The notes beneath the pieces are model-generated. The model had not been told where the DNA came from. It did not search any database and saw nothing but the letters and a program-made list of their open reading frames with translations. A program made the translations under genes and the position numbers. From the human T2T-CHM13v2.0 reference genome, Homo sapiens, in assembly GCF_009914755.1 (NCBI RefSeq), contig NC_060944.1: DNA of 64,000 bases. One strand, 5' to 3'. Below are positions 1-12,774 of the stretch, piece by piece. Every line of letters begins with the position of its first letter. Position 1 is the stretch's first letter.

Positions 1-572
1 CATTTCATTTCCACATTCGAACAGTTAATATGCCTTAATTTCTCTCACTTTGTGAATATTTAATTCCTCCCTTTTCAACATCATTTTTAGGTTGTGTGAA
101 TCATTTTCAAAGCCTTTGCTCTGTTCCCGCACTATCATCTGCATATTTTATGAAATGGCACGGTTGAGTCTCGGAGGGCTCTTGATAAAAATGGAACTGG
201 CAGCCTGCTCATTAGCTGTTTACCTGGAGCTGTGTGAGCCCCCGATAATGGCGAGCTCCCATTTGGATTCGAATTAGGATTCTCTGACGAATCACCACCA
301 GCAGCTTTCTCCAGGACGTCCGCTCCTCCTCCGGTGCCCCTCTCTCCCCATCGCAGAGAGTTTCCAGGAAACTTGCTTTTGGGGGCTGTCCTAGGGAACG
401 TTACACCCTGGCATCTGAGGCAGTTTAATTTTTGAAGCGGAGACACAGAAGCTTTAGCAAATTAGCACCTCTAAGGATGGCAAAATTCCCCTGAAAGGAC
501 ACATTCTGAAGGTCTGGTTGGTTGACCTTCCAGAGCTTTACAGATGCCAGAAGTCAATTCCCTGCTATAACG

Positions 573-680
573 AGGTGACCAGTTGTCCCACTTTGCCTGG
601 GACTGCAGATCCCCAGAGCATGAAACTTACCATTTTGAAATCAGGAAAGTTCCAGGCAGTTGAAGATGGGTTGGTCACCT
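573..680. mobile_element. MER81-like hAT-Blackjack non-autonomous DNA transposon
   Basis: Terminal inverted repeats AGGTGACCA...TGGTCACCT, internal TGTCCCACTTTGCCTGGGACT, ~108 bp. Confidence 0.75.
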
Positions 681-849
681 TCGCTGTAACTCACTTGAGG
701 GCTTGTATCATGTTGTCAGTCTCTGAAGTAGATGGGAAGATCTTCAGTGGCTTTTACAAACGGGCTGAGCCACTTCTGTGATTTACCAAGAGGACTTAGA
801 GAAGAGCACAGGCCATAGCCCTGTGGTCTTACAAGGTTGGCTTGAAAAC

Positions 850-1128
850 CAGAACTGTTTTGATGGACTTATAGCTTGCACTTAAAAATCAGGAAATTCG
901 TATGTAAAAATGCAGGATTTCTGCCTCTCTTTGAAAACCAAAGACATGGCTCTGCGATGTGCCCATTCTTTTTAGAAATGATTGATCAGTTGGAGCCAAA
1001 CAGGGACTATCCCTTTATATGGGGCATCCGCTTTCCGGTTTTATAACCCTCCCTTTATTGCCCCCAGCTGGATCCATTCATTCTGTGTACCTATTTGGTT
1101 TCAGTTTGCATCTGATTTTGTGCTTCTG
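850..1128. mobile_element. MER102-like hAT-Charlie relic
   Basis: Resembles recalled MER102 core: AAATCAGGAAATT..TAAAAATGCAGGATTTCTGCCTCTCTTTGAAAA..CCCTTTATATGGGGCATCCGCTTTCCGGTT. Confidence 0.6.
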
Positions 1129-1134
1129 GATAGA

Positions 1135-1382
1135 AGTTGAGAGCACTGGCTTTGCAGTAAGATTCAAGTCTCAGTTCTATTATCTTTTAGCTGCCTGACC
1201 TTGGCCAAGATAAACAAACACACTTGGTCTCAGTTCTCTCACCTGTAACTTGAGAATAATAAAAGTATACTAGTATAGCAATATCTTATTATAAATATTA
1301 CATTAAGTAAGATATGTACATTGAAGAAATGCATATAAATGGCTTAGAATGGGCCTGGATAGTAAGTATTCATTAAAAGTGC
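1135..1382 (+). mobile_element. MIR SINE
   Basis: MIR core TAGCTGCCTGACCTTGGCCAAG..CTCAGTTCTCTCACCTGTAA and 3' end CTTAGAATGGGCCTGGATAGTAAG. Confidence 0.75.
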
Positions 1383-2069
1383 TTGGTTTTTTTCTTCTTA
1401 TTATTTTATTATTATTACCTTTACAGAAAAATGAACTGAAACCCAGAATTCCCTGGTGAGCTACTTAATATATAAATAGACACTATGTGAACACAAAGAA
1501 TAAAAGAATATTACTGGCATTAAAATATTTTGTATTTTATAATGTATCTTGGAACCAAATATTGAGGTATACTCAAAGCAATTCCAGGTGACCACCTGTG
1601 TAATTAATGAGGCAATTGACAAAGCTACAGGAAACAAAACATTCCGTTTTTTATGTACAGATAATCTTGTCTTCCTTTTTGCATTAGTAAATCCTCCAAC
1701 ACCTTTTTGAATTCCATAAACCTATACTTTTTATACAGAGTGAATTCCTTTGTAGTAGAATCTGTTTCCTTAAGATTTCCTCCTGCTGAAATGATTTTAT
1801 CCTATAGCAGCCTTGTGTTACTGGGGATTTTATGGCCAGGCAAAAGTGATGTACTATTAATACCTTGGATTTACACAGCAATTGTTCTTTTGAATAGTGC
1901 AGAGGTACTAGACGATTCTCAAATATATGGTATTTGATATTAATGAGGAAGATGTTATACCACAGGAAACAATTGTTTATTTTTTTAATGTTTCCCCCTT
2001 CTCTTTTAAAACAGACTCCTGTAACACTACATGCTCAGAGTTTTTCTAAGGAGATATTTGGGAAGCGCT

Positions 2070-2780
2070 ATTGTTGGGTGAAAAGTATTTTTGATTCTGG
2101 GTCATTGAAACCTGGATTTGAATCCCTGGTCCCTGATGCTCTCTGGGCCTGGCACCCACAGAATGCTTATTTTTGAAGAGAGTTGAATAAAGGGACTCTC
2201 TACAAAGCTGTGGACAGGATCTAGGGAATATGCCAGGAATAATGGAGCACCTGAGGGGTGGTAACAGAGGGGCTCTTTCACTACCTTTACAACTGAAGGG
2301 GCAAGGGGAAGGAGAGATGACCGGACTTAGGAGACAAAGGGCTGTGTGGAGAGGGCTGCCCTGTCACAAGAGGGTCCCAGTTGGCTTGTTATGACCCCTT
2401 GGGGTGGGATCAAGGGGGAAAAACATGCTGAGATCACACAGTCCTTCTTCCTTCTAATTTCCTGGCAGAATTCCCCGTTGGTCAAACCCAACCAGAAGCT
2501 TCAGAAAAAGGAACATAATCTTTGTGGGAGTTTGTACTGCTTACCCTCTCAGGACACAGAGAGCATGCAGACAGTACAGGAGGAAATGGAACAAACCCAA
2601 AGTCACCAGATGTCTCTGAACAAGTTGTTCAACTTCTCTGAGACTCTCTCAGACTGAGTTTATTTCTTAGTAAATAAAGCTACATAATACCTACCTCAGA
2701 GTGTTGTGAGAGAATGAAATGAGATAATACATACATTATCTGGCACAGTCCCCTGGCACATAGTAGGTCTTTCCGAGAAG
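2070..2780 (+). mobile_element. MIR SINE split by an LTR insertion
   Basis: MIR 5' part (CCTGGATTTGAATCCCTGG, ~2070-2135) resumes at ~2610 (AACAAGTTGTTCAACTTCTCTGAG..TACCTACCTCAGAGTGTTGTGAG..CCTGGCACATAGTAGG). Confidence 0.65.
2145..2608 (-). mobile_element. ERVL solo LTR (LTR41/LTR33-like)
   Basis: AATAAAGGGACTCTCTACAAAGCTGTGG, GAGAGGGCTGCC, TTGGTCAAACCCAACCAGAAGC match recalled antisense LTR41-type consensus. Confidence 0.6.
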
Positions 2781-3340
2781 CATGAAACAGGTTAGTGCTT
2801 TGCCCAGGCCATTTCATCTTCAAGGCAACATGAGTTGAGAAAGGCTTGGGTGCTAGAAGCTTTGTGAAAATGTTTGAGCTCTGAAAATTCAAGTCATGAT
2901 TTCAAAATATAAAATTAGTCTCAACAATAGTCAAATCTCTAATTGATTTTATATGAAGTATAATCATATGTCAACGAATCTAACTTTAACCTACTCTTAC
3001 TTAGTTCTATATAATTAAAAAGTGGGATGTGTTTGCTGTTATGCTGGCACTTATAAAGTTTTCAGTTCATCTGTTTCACATACTGGTTTTCCCTTGGAAG
3101 GTTATGTTTAAAAAGCTCTCTGTAAATTGTCATCTCAATGTTGTTGAGTGAATAAAATAGCCTAGCTCTAGCTAGAAGGAATGTGAAAGAAAATATAGAC
3201 TCAGCAAGAAAATTTTTTAAAACTTGTGGTCTATAGGTCATACTCAGTCTTACGATCCTTTCATGTGTAAATTTAAATTTTGTAAAGAATTTTTAATTTA
3301 AAAATTAGAAATCAAAATCTTTTAAAAAGAAATCAACTTA

Positions 3341-3446
3341 CTATACTTCATTGATTGCATAAAAATACTTTTTCTGTCTATATTTTAACTTCTCAGAAAT
3401 AAAGATGCATCTTAAGCAATGATATCTTAGACTTGATGAGATACAG
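3341..3446. mobile_element. MER104-like TcMar-Tc2 MITE
   Basis: Degenerate TIRs CTATACTTCATTGATT..ACTTGATGAGATACAG preceded by TA; internal TTTTAACTTCTCAGAAATAAAGATGCATCTTA. Confidence 0.65.
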
Positions 3447-5277
3447 TGGTGACTAGCATTAAAACATCATGAGATTTCATGTAGAAACTGATATTTCCAG
3501 TTTCAAAAAGCTGGATGGTCTCTCAGCCTTGGACCTGGCACTCATACAGCCCCTGTGGTGGAAGGGCCTAGCTCTGAGCTCTTGAAAGAGGATGATGGCT
3601 CTCAGAGACACCTCATCCTTACCCATGTCTTCTCTGCTTTTTGGAATTTGAGGAACCTCATCTACCAGCCTCCAACTTGGGCTCTGGACCTGTAAGAAGC
3701 CCTTATAGGAAGGAATAGAGATGCATGGGCTGATTTTAACATTACAGTCCACTAATGGGCGTTTTACCCAGGGTAAATCAACAAATCAAGTGTTGGTTCG
3801 CTTGAGTGTAATAATAGTGGTTCTCTCCTAATCAGAAAGTTCTGATTAGCAGTTGATGAGCAAATAGAAATAGCAATAAAATAAGAGGTGAGGGGCATGA
3901 GGTCCATCATGTAGTAAATGGAGTGTGACAGATAGGCATGGATCTCTTGGGAGGAGAGACAAAGGGGAAGGGAAAGGGAGTCCTTGGCAGTGGAAACAGA
4001 GGGAAATGTCACTCCAGGGACATTTAGTGACCTGTCCAGAAAAGCAAATGGCTAACTAGGAAGTAGCAGTTCTCTAGACATTCAGTCCAGTATTCTTTGC
4101 TTTCAAACTTCATTCTTTGCAGTCAAACTTATTGAAAAAATATGTTCAAACTCTATAGACAAACACTCTCTAACAAAATGACTTTCGGAGAAGAGATTTT
4201 CTCTCTTTCATCTGGGTATACACCAGCAAAAGACCTGAATAAAATCAACCCTGCTACATTCTTCGTGTAGAATATTCCTAAAATATGTTTGAAGATATTA
4301 GGGGTTTTCCTCCCAGCATTATTATTTCTCATGGAAAATCCTTTCTATATCCTATTTTAGATTATGTGCTATAATATACTTGGTAGATTATAGATAACAT
4401 CTCTTTTTTTCTGAGATTGCACATTTGAAAATTTGAGATTACAATAAACTCTGTGTGCGACAGTGACCAGAGACATGGAGATAATGTATGTGAATATTCT
4501 TTAAGCTCTTTGACTGAAAGACATGTTACAAATATGAGCAATTATTCGATACTATATTTGAAAAAATATAGATCATCCAATCTTGCAAATAAAAGATAAT
4601 TCCACAGATGATGTTCTCTATGTCACTTTTCTAATCTTAAATACTTGAAGTGAAGAAGCTTCCAGGCCTCCGCTTGTATGACTGTTTCACAATCTAATTG
4701 ATCTCACTGTCTGAATTGTCCTTTCTTAATTTCTCTGCATTACTCATTTACTGTGCTCACTGTTCAGATATCTGCGAGAGGTAGCAGGCCTCCCCCCAAC
4801 CTTAGTCAATTAGACAAGCTATTGTTTCTGATTAAGATATCACATCCCGGAGAATAATAGCAATTAGAGTTGGAACGGAGACCCTGTGGGTCGTACAGTC
4901 CACTTCCCTGCTGGCTCGGGAGAATGTTTTACATTACACAGTAGTTTTATATGGTTTTCCTGATGTTGGTTTTAAAAAATCCAAGCACCCGTCAGTGTTA
5001 ATTATATCCCTGTCCTGCATCCCCACCATGACTTAATTTTCTACTTTGCATTGCTGATTCTCATAAATTGGCATTGAATGATGGCTTCTTGATGATATCA
5101 CCTCATCAAAATACAGGGACAATAGACTTTTTTTTCAATAAGCAGAGAAAGGAAATATTATAAGTTTTGGTTTGGTTTTTGTTGGGAGGTAGAGGTGCAA
5201 TTTTATATAGGTATATTTTTTGCCAGGGTTCCTGGTTTCAAAATACCCCCAACATATAAGATTTTTTTTTTTGACTA

Positions 5278-5817
5278 CAGTAGTCCCTCCTCATCCAAAG
5301 GGGATACATTCCAGAACCCCTAATGGATGCTTGAAACCACAGATCTTATTGAGCTCTATATATTCTGTTTTTCCTTATACATACATACCTATGATAAAGT
5401 TTAATTTATAAATTAGGCATGGTAAGAAATTAACAATACTAACTTGTAATAAAATAGAACGATTATAACACTATACTGTAATAAAAGTTATGTGAATGTG
5501 ATTTCTCCCTCCCTCTCTTTCTAAATTTCTTATTTTACTGTACTCACCCTTTTTCTTCTCTTGATCTGTCGATCTGATAATCAAGACACGTATTAAGTGA
5601 CTAACGGGCGCGTAGTATCTACAGTGTGGACACACTGGACGTAGGGATCATTCACGTCCCAGGAGGGAGAGAGCAGGACAGAGTGAGATTTCATCACGCT
5701 ACTCAAAAGAGTGTGCAGTTTCAACATATGAATTGTTTATTTCTATTTAAACCTCAGTTGACTGTAGGTAACTGAAACCACCAAAAACAAAGCCGTAAAT
5801 AAGTGGGGGGACTACAG
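5278..5817. mobile_element. MER44B-like (Tigger7 derivative) DNA transposon
   Basis: TA|CAGTAGTCCC..GGGGGACTACAG termini; internal CATACATACCTATGATAAAGTTTAATTTATAAATTAGGCA; ~540 bp. Confidence 0.85.
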
Positions 5818-6029
5818 TTTTCTTTTTAAAATCAGTCATTTCCATTGCCAATTATCTAGAAAAGTTTATCTATGGGTGTAGAGAATGGTGTCTGTAAGAA
5901 AGAAGTTCAAATTTCTAGAGGCTTTCCCTTGAGCCAGTTCCTCCACTGCATGGTCATAGTAGGGGAAAATAATCCTAAGTGTAGTTAATAGAATATTCTT
6001 ATAAAGAATATGATGATGATAAAATGATT

Positions 6030-6222
6030 ATTATCACTACGTACTTTTGAGCCCTTACAACATGCTTGGGCACTGTGCAAAGTACTTTGTATGCATTATC
6101 TTACTTAATGCTCATTGCTATCCTGATGTAAGGACTATTAATACACTGAATTTACAAATGAAGAAAAAGAGGCTGAAGAAGTTATAAAACCTGCCAAGAT
6201 TACCATACTCATAAATCATGGT
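6030..6222 (-). mobile_element. MIR SINE
   Basis: Antisense MIR: GGGCACTGTGCAAAGTACTTTGTATGCATTATCTTACTTAAT..TTTACAAATGAAGAAAAAGAGGCT. Confidence 0.75.
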
Positions 6223-6921
6223 GACAAATAATAGTTTTATTTTTACAAATGTTTTATTAATTAAATAAATTAAAAAGTAATTAAATCAACTGTTTTCAAT
6301 ACAAGTAGTAAAATAAAATTGTATTTTATAATTAAAATTTTATAAATATTAAAAAATTTTAAATAATTTGATTATTATTATTTGTCTTTTAAATTATGAT
6401 ATTTCCTTTTTTAACATGGGTTTCTGAAGAATTGGAAACTTTTTTCACCTTACTGGTGGCAATCTGAATGGGAAACAGGGCCATGGTTGCTGTGATTGAA
6501 TTTGGGAATTTCCAAACCTGTCTCTGCATCATAATGACCTTCACATTATATCAAGCCACAGTTTTTCATTAAGTATTTTATTTCTCGAAATCCTCTTATG
6601 TAAATCAACCTCAGAGTGATTTAGCAAATAAACGTGTTTTGAACATTATCATTTTTGTAATTTTGCAAATAATACAAGCACATTATTTGTTTTAAATTAA
6701 AGAATATACAAGAGGGAATAAAATGATAGAATGGCCACTTCCCCGCCAGTGCACAGACTCTATTCCAACTCCCTGACATATCTCCTACTGAGAGTTTCTT
6801 GTGTCTTACAAGAAAGGTATTACAAATATGTAAGTAAAATAAGTTTTGTGTATTTTTTAAACACAAATGGGATGACACTATGCCTATTGAGCCAGAAGTT
6901 GTTTTTCTAAATATAGATAAC

Positions 6922-7120
6922 AATAATGAATAAATAACATGTTTAATATATGTTACGTATTACTTTAAGTTCTTTATATACTACCTCATTTAATCCTCCT
7001 GACAACCCCATGAGATAGATATATCTTTATCCCTGTCTTACATGTAAGAAAACAGAGAGATAGGTTAAATAAATTGCTCAAAGACACAAGTTTTTAAAGG
7101 GATGAAGCTGGGATGTAATT
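6922..7120 (-). mobile_element. MIR SINE
   Basis: CTCATTTAATCCTCCTGACAACCCCATGAGATAGAT..GGTTAAATAAATTGCTCAAAGACACA. Confidence 0.75.
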
Positions 7121-7134
7121 ATACCTTGAGGATG

Positions 7135-7430
7135 ATTCAATATTAGGGAATAGCAATGAATGTTACTACTTTTAGACTCTGTATAATATTTCACCATTTA
7201 CCAAATGAGCCTCTTAAAATGGACATTTAGACATTTTTCTTTCCCTATTTTAAATAGTATTGCAATGACTACCTTTAGGTATACACAGCTTTGTGCACAT
7301 GGGCAAGTATTTTTGGTTCAAATTCTTACAAGAAGAATTGCTTGGTTAAGACCATTGCATTTAAAGTTTGGGAGATAAAGCCAACCCATCCTTGAGGGAA
7401 GCTGTTCAGGTTCCCCCCCATTCCAGATGC
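7135..7430 (-). mobile_element. Old L1 (L1ME-like) 3' fragment
   Basis: ATGGACATTTAGA..GCAATGA..GTGCACATGGGCAAGTATTT..AGAAGAATTGCTTGGTTAA typical of antisense L1M 3' region. Confidence 0.55.
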
Positions 7431-7607
7431 CCCTTATTACATCATTAAGGCATGCCTGGTTCTCTCCTCGGTGTGTGTCAAGAGGAATTGAGAACTGTGA
7501 AACACCCTATGTGTGTTGACACTGCTATGCATGTACTCACTCCCTAACATTAGCAGGGAGTATGTTTTTCTCCTCTACCCCACAGCTTAAGCTGTTACTA
7601 TTTAGAC

Positions 7608-7817
7608 TTGTGGCACTCAATGGGGATGATTTTGTCTCCCAGGAAGCTTTGGCTATGTCTGGAGACATTTTTGGTTGCCACAGCTGATTGGCAGAGATGG
7701 TGCTACTGGCACATAGAGTGTAAAAGCTAAACACCCAATGATGCACATGACATCTCCTCTCCCAACAAAGAATTATCCAGTTCAAAACATCAATAGTGCT
7801 GAGGTTCAGAAACCCTG
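7608..7817. mobile_element. MER20 hAT-Charlie MITE
   Basis: GGGGATGATTTTGTCTCCCAGG..TGTCTGGAGACATTTTTGGTTG..AAAGAATTATCCAG..GCTGAGGTTCAGAAACCCTG. Confidence 0.85.
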
Positions 7818-7899
7818 GTTTGGAATCCAACTCAATTATAACCCTCTCTATGATACCTTTAGTAAACTGCTCCCTGCTAACAGGTGATGCTCTGTCCTT

Positions 7900-8100
7900 T
7901 AGGCTGTCAAAGGTTTCATTGGATGTTCTCTTTATTGTGTTGTGCTGTAATTGCTTGATTACACAGCTATCCCCTCTAACAGGTGACCTACTATGTGAAG
8001 GTTGACAGTATCTTATTCATACTTGTATTCTCACCACCAGCTCCATTTCATAACATATTGCCTGGTTTATATAGGAGCTTAATAAATATTTGCTGAAGGA
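7900..8100 (+). mobile_element. L2 3' end, followed by a GA-rich tract to ~8225
   Basis: TGCCTGGTTTATATAGGAGCTTAATAAATATTTGCTGAA terminal L2 motif. Confidence 0.6.
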
Positions 8101-8466
8101 AGGGAAGAAAGATGAAACAAAGAGGGAAGAAAGAAAGGAAAAGATAAAGAGAGGGAGGAAAGAAGAGAAAAAATGAAAGACCAAAAGAAGAAAAGACAAA
8201 AGGAAGGAAGAAAAAAAATAATGAAACAGATGCATGAATAAATAAGTTAGGTTCCAGGTGAGGACATCCTGAGGAAATACCTTTGGATTGGTCTTGTGAA
8301 ACTTAGAATACTTCACTCATTTATTTTAAAAAGTATTTAGTGAGCACCAACAATGTTCTAGGCATTTTAATAGGTTGTGAGTATGGTGAATCAAACAGCC
8401 ATTGTTCCTGTCTTCATGGAGTTTGTTACCTCTTGAGTAAGACAGACAATATAAAAAGCAAACAAG

Positions 8467-8601
8467 GGTTGAGTGTGGTGGCTTATGCCTGTAATCAAAA
8501 CACTTTCGGAAGCCAAGGAGGGAGGGCCGCTTGAGCTCAGGAGTTCAAGACCAGCCTGGGCAACCTAGTGAGACCCAATCTCTTAAAAAACACACACACA
8601 T
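8467..8601 (+). mobile_element. FLAM_C / free left Alu monomer inserted in an antisense L2 end
   Basis: Single Alu left monomer with GCTTGAGCTCAGGAGTTCAAGACC; 13-bp TSD AAAAGCAAACAAG at 8454-8466 and 8602-8614. Confidence 0.85.
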
Positions 8602-9086
8602 AAAAGCAAACAAGCCATAAGGTAAAGTGAAGGAAGGGTCAGTCAGGACCTCCTCTATGAAGAGTGGGAAGGAGGTGCATTTGAGCTTAAAAGAGATTAG
8701 AGATTTATGGAATGGTAGTCCTTAAAGTATAAAGAAGTCAATCTGGAAAGTCTAACTGGAAGAATCCAGGTATGGAGACAATACAATATCTGGAAGGTAG
8801 AAAAAAAAATTTTAAATGGCAGGTACAGGTGCAGAAGCTGGACTGGTAGCTGTGCTGACTGATTACAGCTAACTCACAGAAGTTTTACAAAGTGTATATT
8901 TGACTTTCAATATAGGGAGAGAAAGACCATTAAGAACACCAAACCAGGGATGCGTGGACGCCCTCTTGGAAGCCCCTCACCCTTGACTCTGGTGTCACCT
9001 TTGACACAGACATACAATCATCATGAACTTCAGGCCCTCGTTATCTCCTGTAACACCTTCCCTGCTGCTCTCCCTGTTTCTGTTCC

Positions 9087-9260
9087 ATTGGTTCTCATCT
9101 ATGGCCACATTATCAATCACTTGGGAAGGTTTTAATAAAATCAGTGCCCAGGCCTTGCCACAGGCCAATTGAATCAAAATCTCTGAAGAGGGGCTTTGAG
9201 TATTATGTTTTTCAAAAGCCCCCTAGATTATTGTGATGTTTGGATGGATTGAGACCCTCT
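9087..9260. mobile_element. MER5-family hAT-Charlie MITE
   Basis: TGGTTCTCA..AATCACTTGGGAAGGTTT..CCAATTGAATCAAAATCTCTG..TTGAGACCC. Confidence 0.65.
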
Positions 9261-9631
9261 ACCATGTTGCTTCATGGGTAAAACTCTCAAAACTCTGAAA
9301 ATTTCTTGCCCATCTTAGAATTGTCCATCCTCAATGCCTACAGGATTGAATCCATTCTCCGTGGCTTAGATTTGCCCTAATTTTCCAGCTTCATGTTTTT
9401 GGATAGCCTTATGCTCCTGCTACTTGGATCTTTCCTTTTGTTGATTAGGCAGTGCTCTTTCACTCCTCTTTTTCTGAACATTGGCTGTTCCTTCCACCTA
9501 CAATTCACTTCCCACCACCTTCACTTGGTCCTCTCTTACTTACGTGCCATGACTCAACTCAAATATGTTCTTTCCACACACCCATACACAAAGCTAGTTA
9601 CTCCTTTCCCTAGTTCTCATGGCAACTGTAC

Positions 9632-10466
9632 TGTAACAGGTTCAAATGTTTACAGTCTCAGACTCTGCACTGCAGAAATGCAGATTCATTTTCTTATGAC
9701 TAAAATAAAATGTTTACCCAAGATCACTTATTTCCACTAATGGCTGAAAATTCTTAATCTCATCACCTTAGTCACTTCCAGATTACAGCTCAGTAATATA
9801 CAAAGTTCTCTATCCATGCTCCTTCAGGACAGTTCTGCAGGTGGCTTTGCTTTGACCCAGTTCTCTCATTTTTCTTGCTTGTAGTTCTCAAGAATAACTA
9901 TAGAATGTACAGGGAATGCAATATCTTGAGACAGAGAGAAACTTCCTGAAGTAGAGCTTGTTCTTGTCCCTCCTAGGGAATGTAAGATCTTGAGTTAGAG
10001 AGGAACTGCCTGGGACAGCCTGGGTTTTGTTTCTCCTTCCTTTCGAAGCAGAATGTTCTTCAAAGCTTTTCCCGGTGAGTCTCTTGGCCCCTGAGGCATA
10101 TAACCCAGGGCAAGCTGTCTTTTGGGGTCTCTCACCTGCAGTGCAAATGTGGCATGGGTAGTCAAGACTCCATTCTCCCAGGCCAGCCTTGTTGAGCCTT
10201 AGGGGACTGGTTCACAATTGATCCTATGCTCCTTTTGTCCCTTGCTGCCTATCTGTGAATAACAATCCTGTTTCATGTAACTTGTTTCATGTGTGTGTGT
10301 CCTGTCTCATCAGACCCAGGCATTGGTAACACTGCAGCCCAGGATGCTATAGGCAGAAGGGTTTGGATCCTGATTCCTGGTGGATGGTATAGTGATGATA
10401 TCTCTGCTGTCCTCCATGCGGTGGAGGTCCTCCTTTGGGACTGGTTATTAGTGAACCTGCTTCACA
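9632..10466 (+). mobile_element. ERVL-class solo LTR (MER54/MER73/MER76 group, subfamily unresolved)
   Basis: TG..CA termini; GTAGTTCTCAAGAATAACTATAGAATG motif; TATA-like CATATAACC ~10098; 3' end GTGAACCTGCTTCACA; 5' boundary uncertain and no TSD found. Confidence 0.65.
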
Positions 10467-11594
10467 CACCCCTCACTTCCTTGGTTCTATAATTTGCAGA
10501 GCATTGAGGTATAATGGGAAAGCCATCCAGGCATTAGGAGAGAAATCTCCAGGGCTCATGCCATCTTCGTGCTCCACTGGCCTCCACTGCAGCTAAGTTA
10601 CTCCATCTGGTGTTTGGGAATCATATTCCAGAATTTCCTAGTCACATCTGGTATCACTGAATTTGTTGTCTGTTCTCTGCAGCTGAGCCTATATCCACTG
10701 TTCCTTGGGAGCTCAGGAACTGTTGGCTGGTTTCCTCACACCACCTTGACACAATCAGGACTCAATGAGGACTCTGTATCTAGAGATGTCCCTCAGCCCC
10801 TGCTAATGGACTGTATGGGGGCCACGTTTCTCTGGTGCTGTTTTGCTGCAGCACTGTGCTTAGGGAGAACAGGCCTTTCTATGAGACTTTCAGGCCGAAT
10901 GGGCTACACAGGAAGAAGTGAGTTACAACTCTCCTTGGCCTAGGACTTTCCTAGACCTATCTGGTCATTTATTTCATTCCCAACATCTTCCACCAAAGGT
11001 TGCGCCCATGAAGAGAGAAAGGGAAAGAAGAACTTCCTCTTGGACACCCACAAAAGGCTTTAGTCTGTTTCAAAACTCTTCTTTCACCTGTTCTCATATT
11101 TTTAATTTTATTTTCAGGTGAGAATGAGTCTACCACATCTTCACATATGTGCTCCTATTTTTTGGTTTATTTATGATCCATGGTGTACCCCAGTCCTCCA
11201 AGCTCTAGCATTAATACTTGAAATTGAGACAACCAACCAACCAAACAAAAAAACTCTTTTTTTTTCTCTCTCAACAAAGCTTGGCTCTTGAAAATCAAAG
11301 GCACTTTGGCTTTCAGGGTATTAATTGTTCTACATGTTCAATAAATTGTAAAAATTTTTTGTCCTACTCTGTATCTAACTTCCCCTCATGGGGGTTATAG
11401 AAATGTGGTAAAAAGCATTGGAAACCTATAGATTTCAATATCTACAGTTTTCTCCCACTGCAAGATCTGTAATTTAACCTTGATTCCACTGCATTGTCAT
11501 CCTTTGTTTACCCTTCACACCTTACCTGGGAGCTCCTCTGGGAGCATTTCTTTCATCATCTCAGGAGCAACCCTCTTGGTGACACAACTTAAAC

Positions 11595-12080
11595 ACTCAA
11601 TTTATCAATAAACAAATATTTGTTGAGCACCACTGTGTGTAAGACACCGGACTAGGCATTGAGGGTGGGCACTGATCAATATAGTCGTAATTTCGATGGA
11701 GCTTGCAAGCTAACCAGGAAGGTGAGTATTCAATAAATCATAATAAAATTAAAGTATTAAATGTAATTGTGATCATTGTTCTTTATCATATATTCCTCCT
11801 TCTGGTTGTGAAGACATATCATGGGGGTTCCTATTTATTTTCTGAGGAAGGGACACTTGAGCAGAGATGTGAAGTAAGTAAAAGTTAAGTAGGTAAGCGA
11901 TAGTCAAATGGAGTTGAAATGGGGAGCATTTAATTAGGGAACACGGCAGAAGATTCTGAGGAAGGAAGAAATTTAGCTTATTCAAATCACTAGAGAAGAT
12001 CCATTGGGCTGGGGGACAAAGAAAGAGAGAGGGTGATCTGCATGATGAATTGATGAATAGACAGGGACCAGACCAGGCAT
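11595..12080 (-). mobile_element. L2 3' fragment
   Basis: AACAAATATTTGTTGAGCACCACTGTGTG..TCTGAGGAAGGGACACTTGAGCAGAGATGTGAAG. Confidence 0.7.
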
Positions 12081-12774
12081 TTTCATGTTTGTTGAATGAA
12101 TGAATAAATAAATGAGCTCGGAGCAACCTGAAACTTTGACTTCTGCTCTAGATTAAAAACTACCATTGCCTGGAGTCTGTAGTTATGTGACATTGACTCA
12201 TGCAATTGTGCATGGTGTAATCATAAAACAAACCAGAGACAAGGCTTAAGGCAACATTGAAGGAAGTGTCCTGAACTTTAAATGCAAATCAAACTAGTAG
12301 CACCTCTTCTACAGTGACACCTTTAGAACCAAGCCGTTACAGAAGCATTTCTCCCTCACCCCTTCTACTTGGTGGTTTCCAGTTGAGTGAAGAAATCATT
12401 GAGAAGTAAACCGTTCCAACATCGTGTGTCCAAAGTCAAAGGATAGCCAGGCATCTGCTGAAAATGGAATATTGACTCAAGCCCCAGATGGGGAATATTT
12501 GAAAAGCACTCTGACCAGTTCTTAGCAGTGGCAGTTGGAACAGAAGGAAAATCAGGGATATGCAGGCATCCTCAACCAATGGAGAACCAGGATCAATGGG
12601 AAAGGAATTGACTCAGGGCTAGTAGGTGCCAGGCTGAAAGGCAGAACTCCAGGAGGATCAAGCCAGTAATCACTGCTTTGAGTTAGTAACCTGGAGATGT
12701 CAAAGGGATCATGGCGAATGCCCTGAGGGTTTGGTTTGTGGCAACCAGCCAATCAGAACAAGGATTTTACTCTC

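Noticed and set aside
6235-6410. Extremely AT-rich stretch
   Set aside because: Low complexity, with no periodicity or long inverted repeat detected
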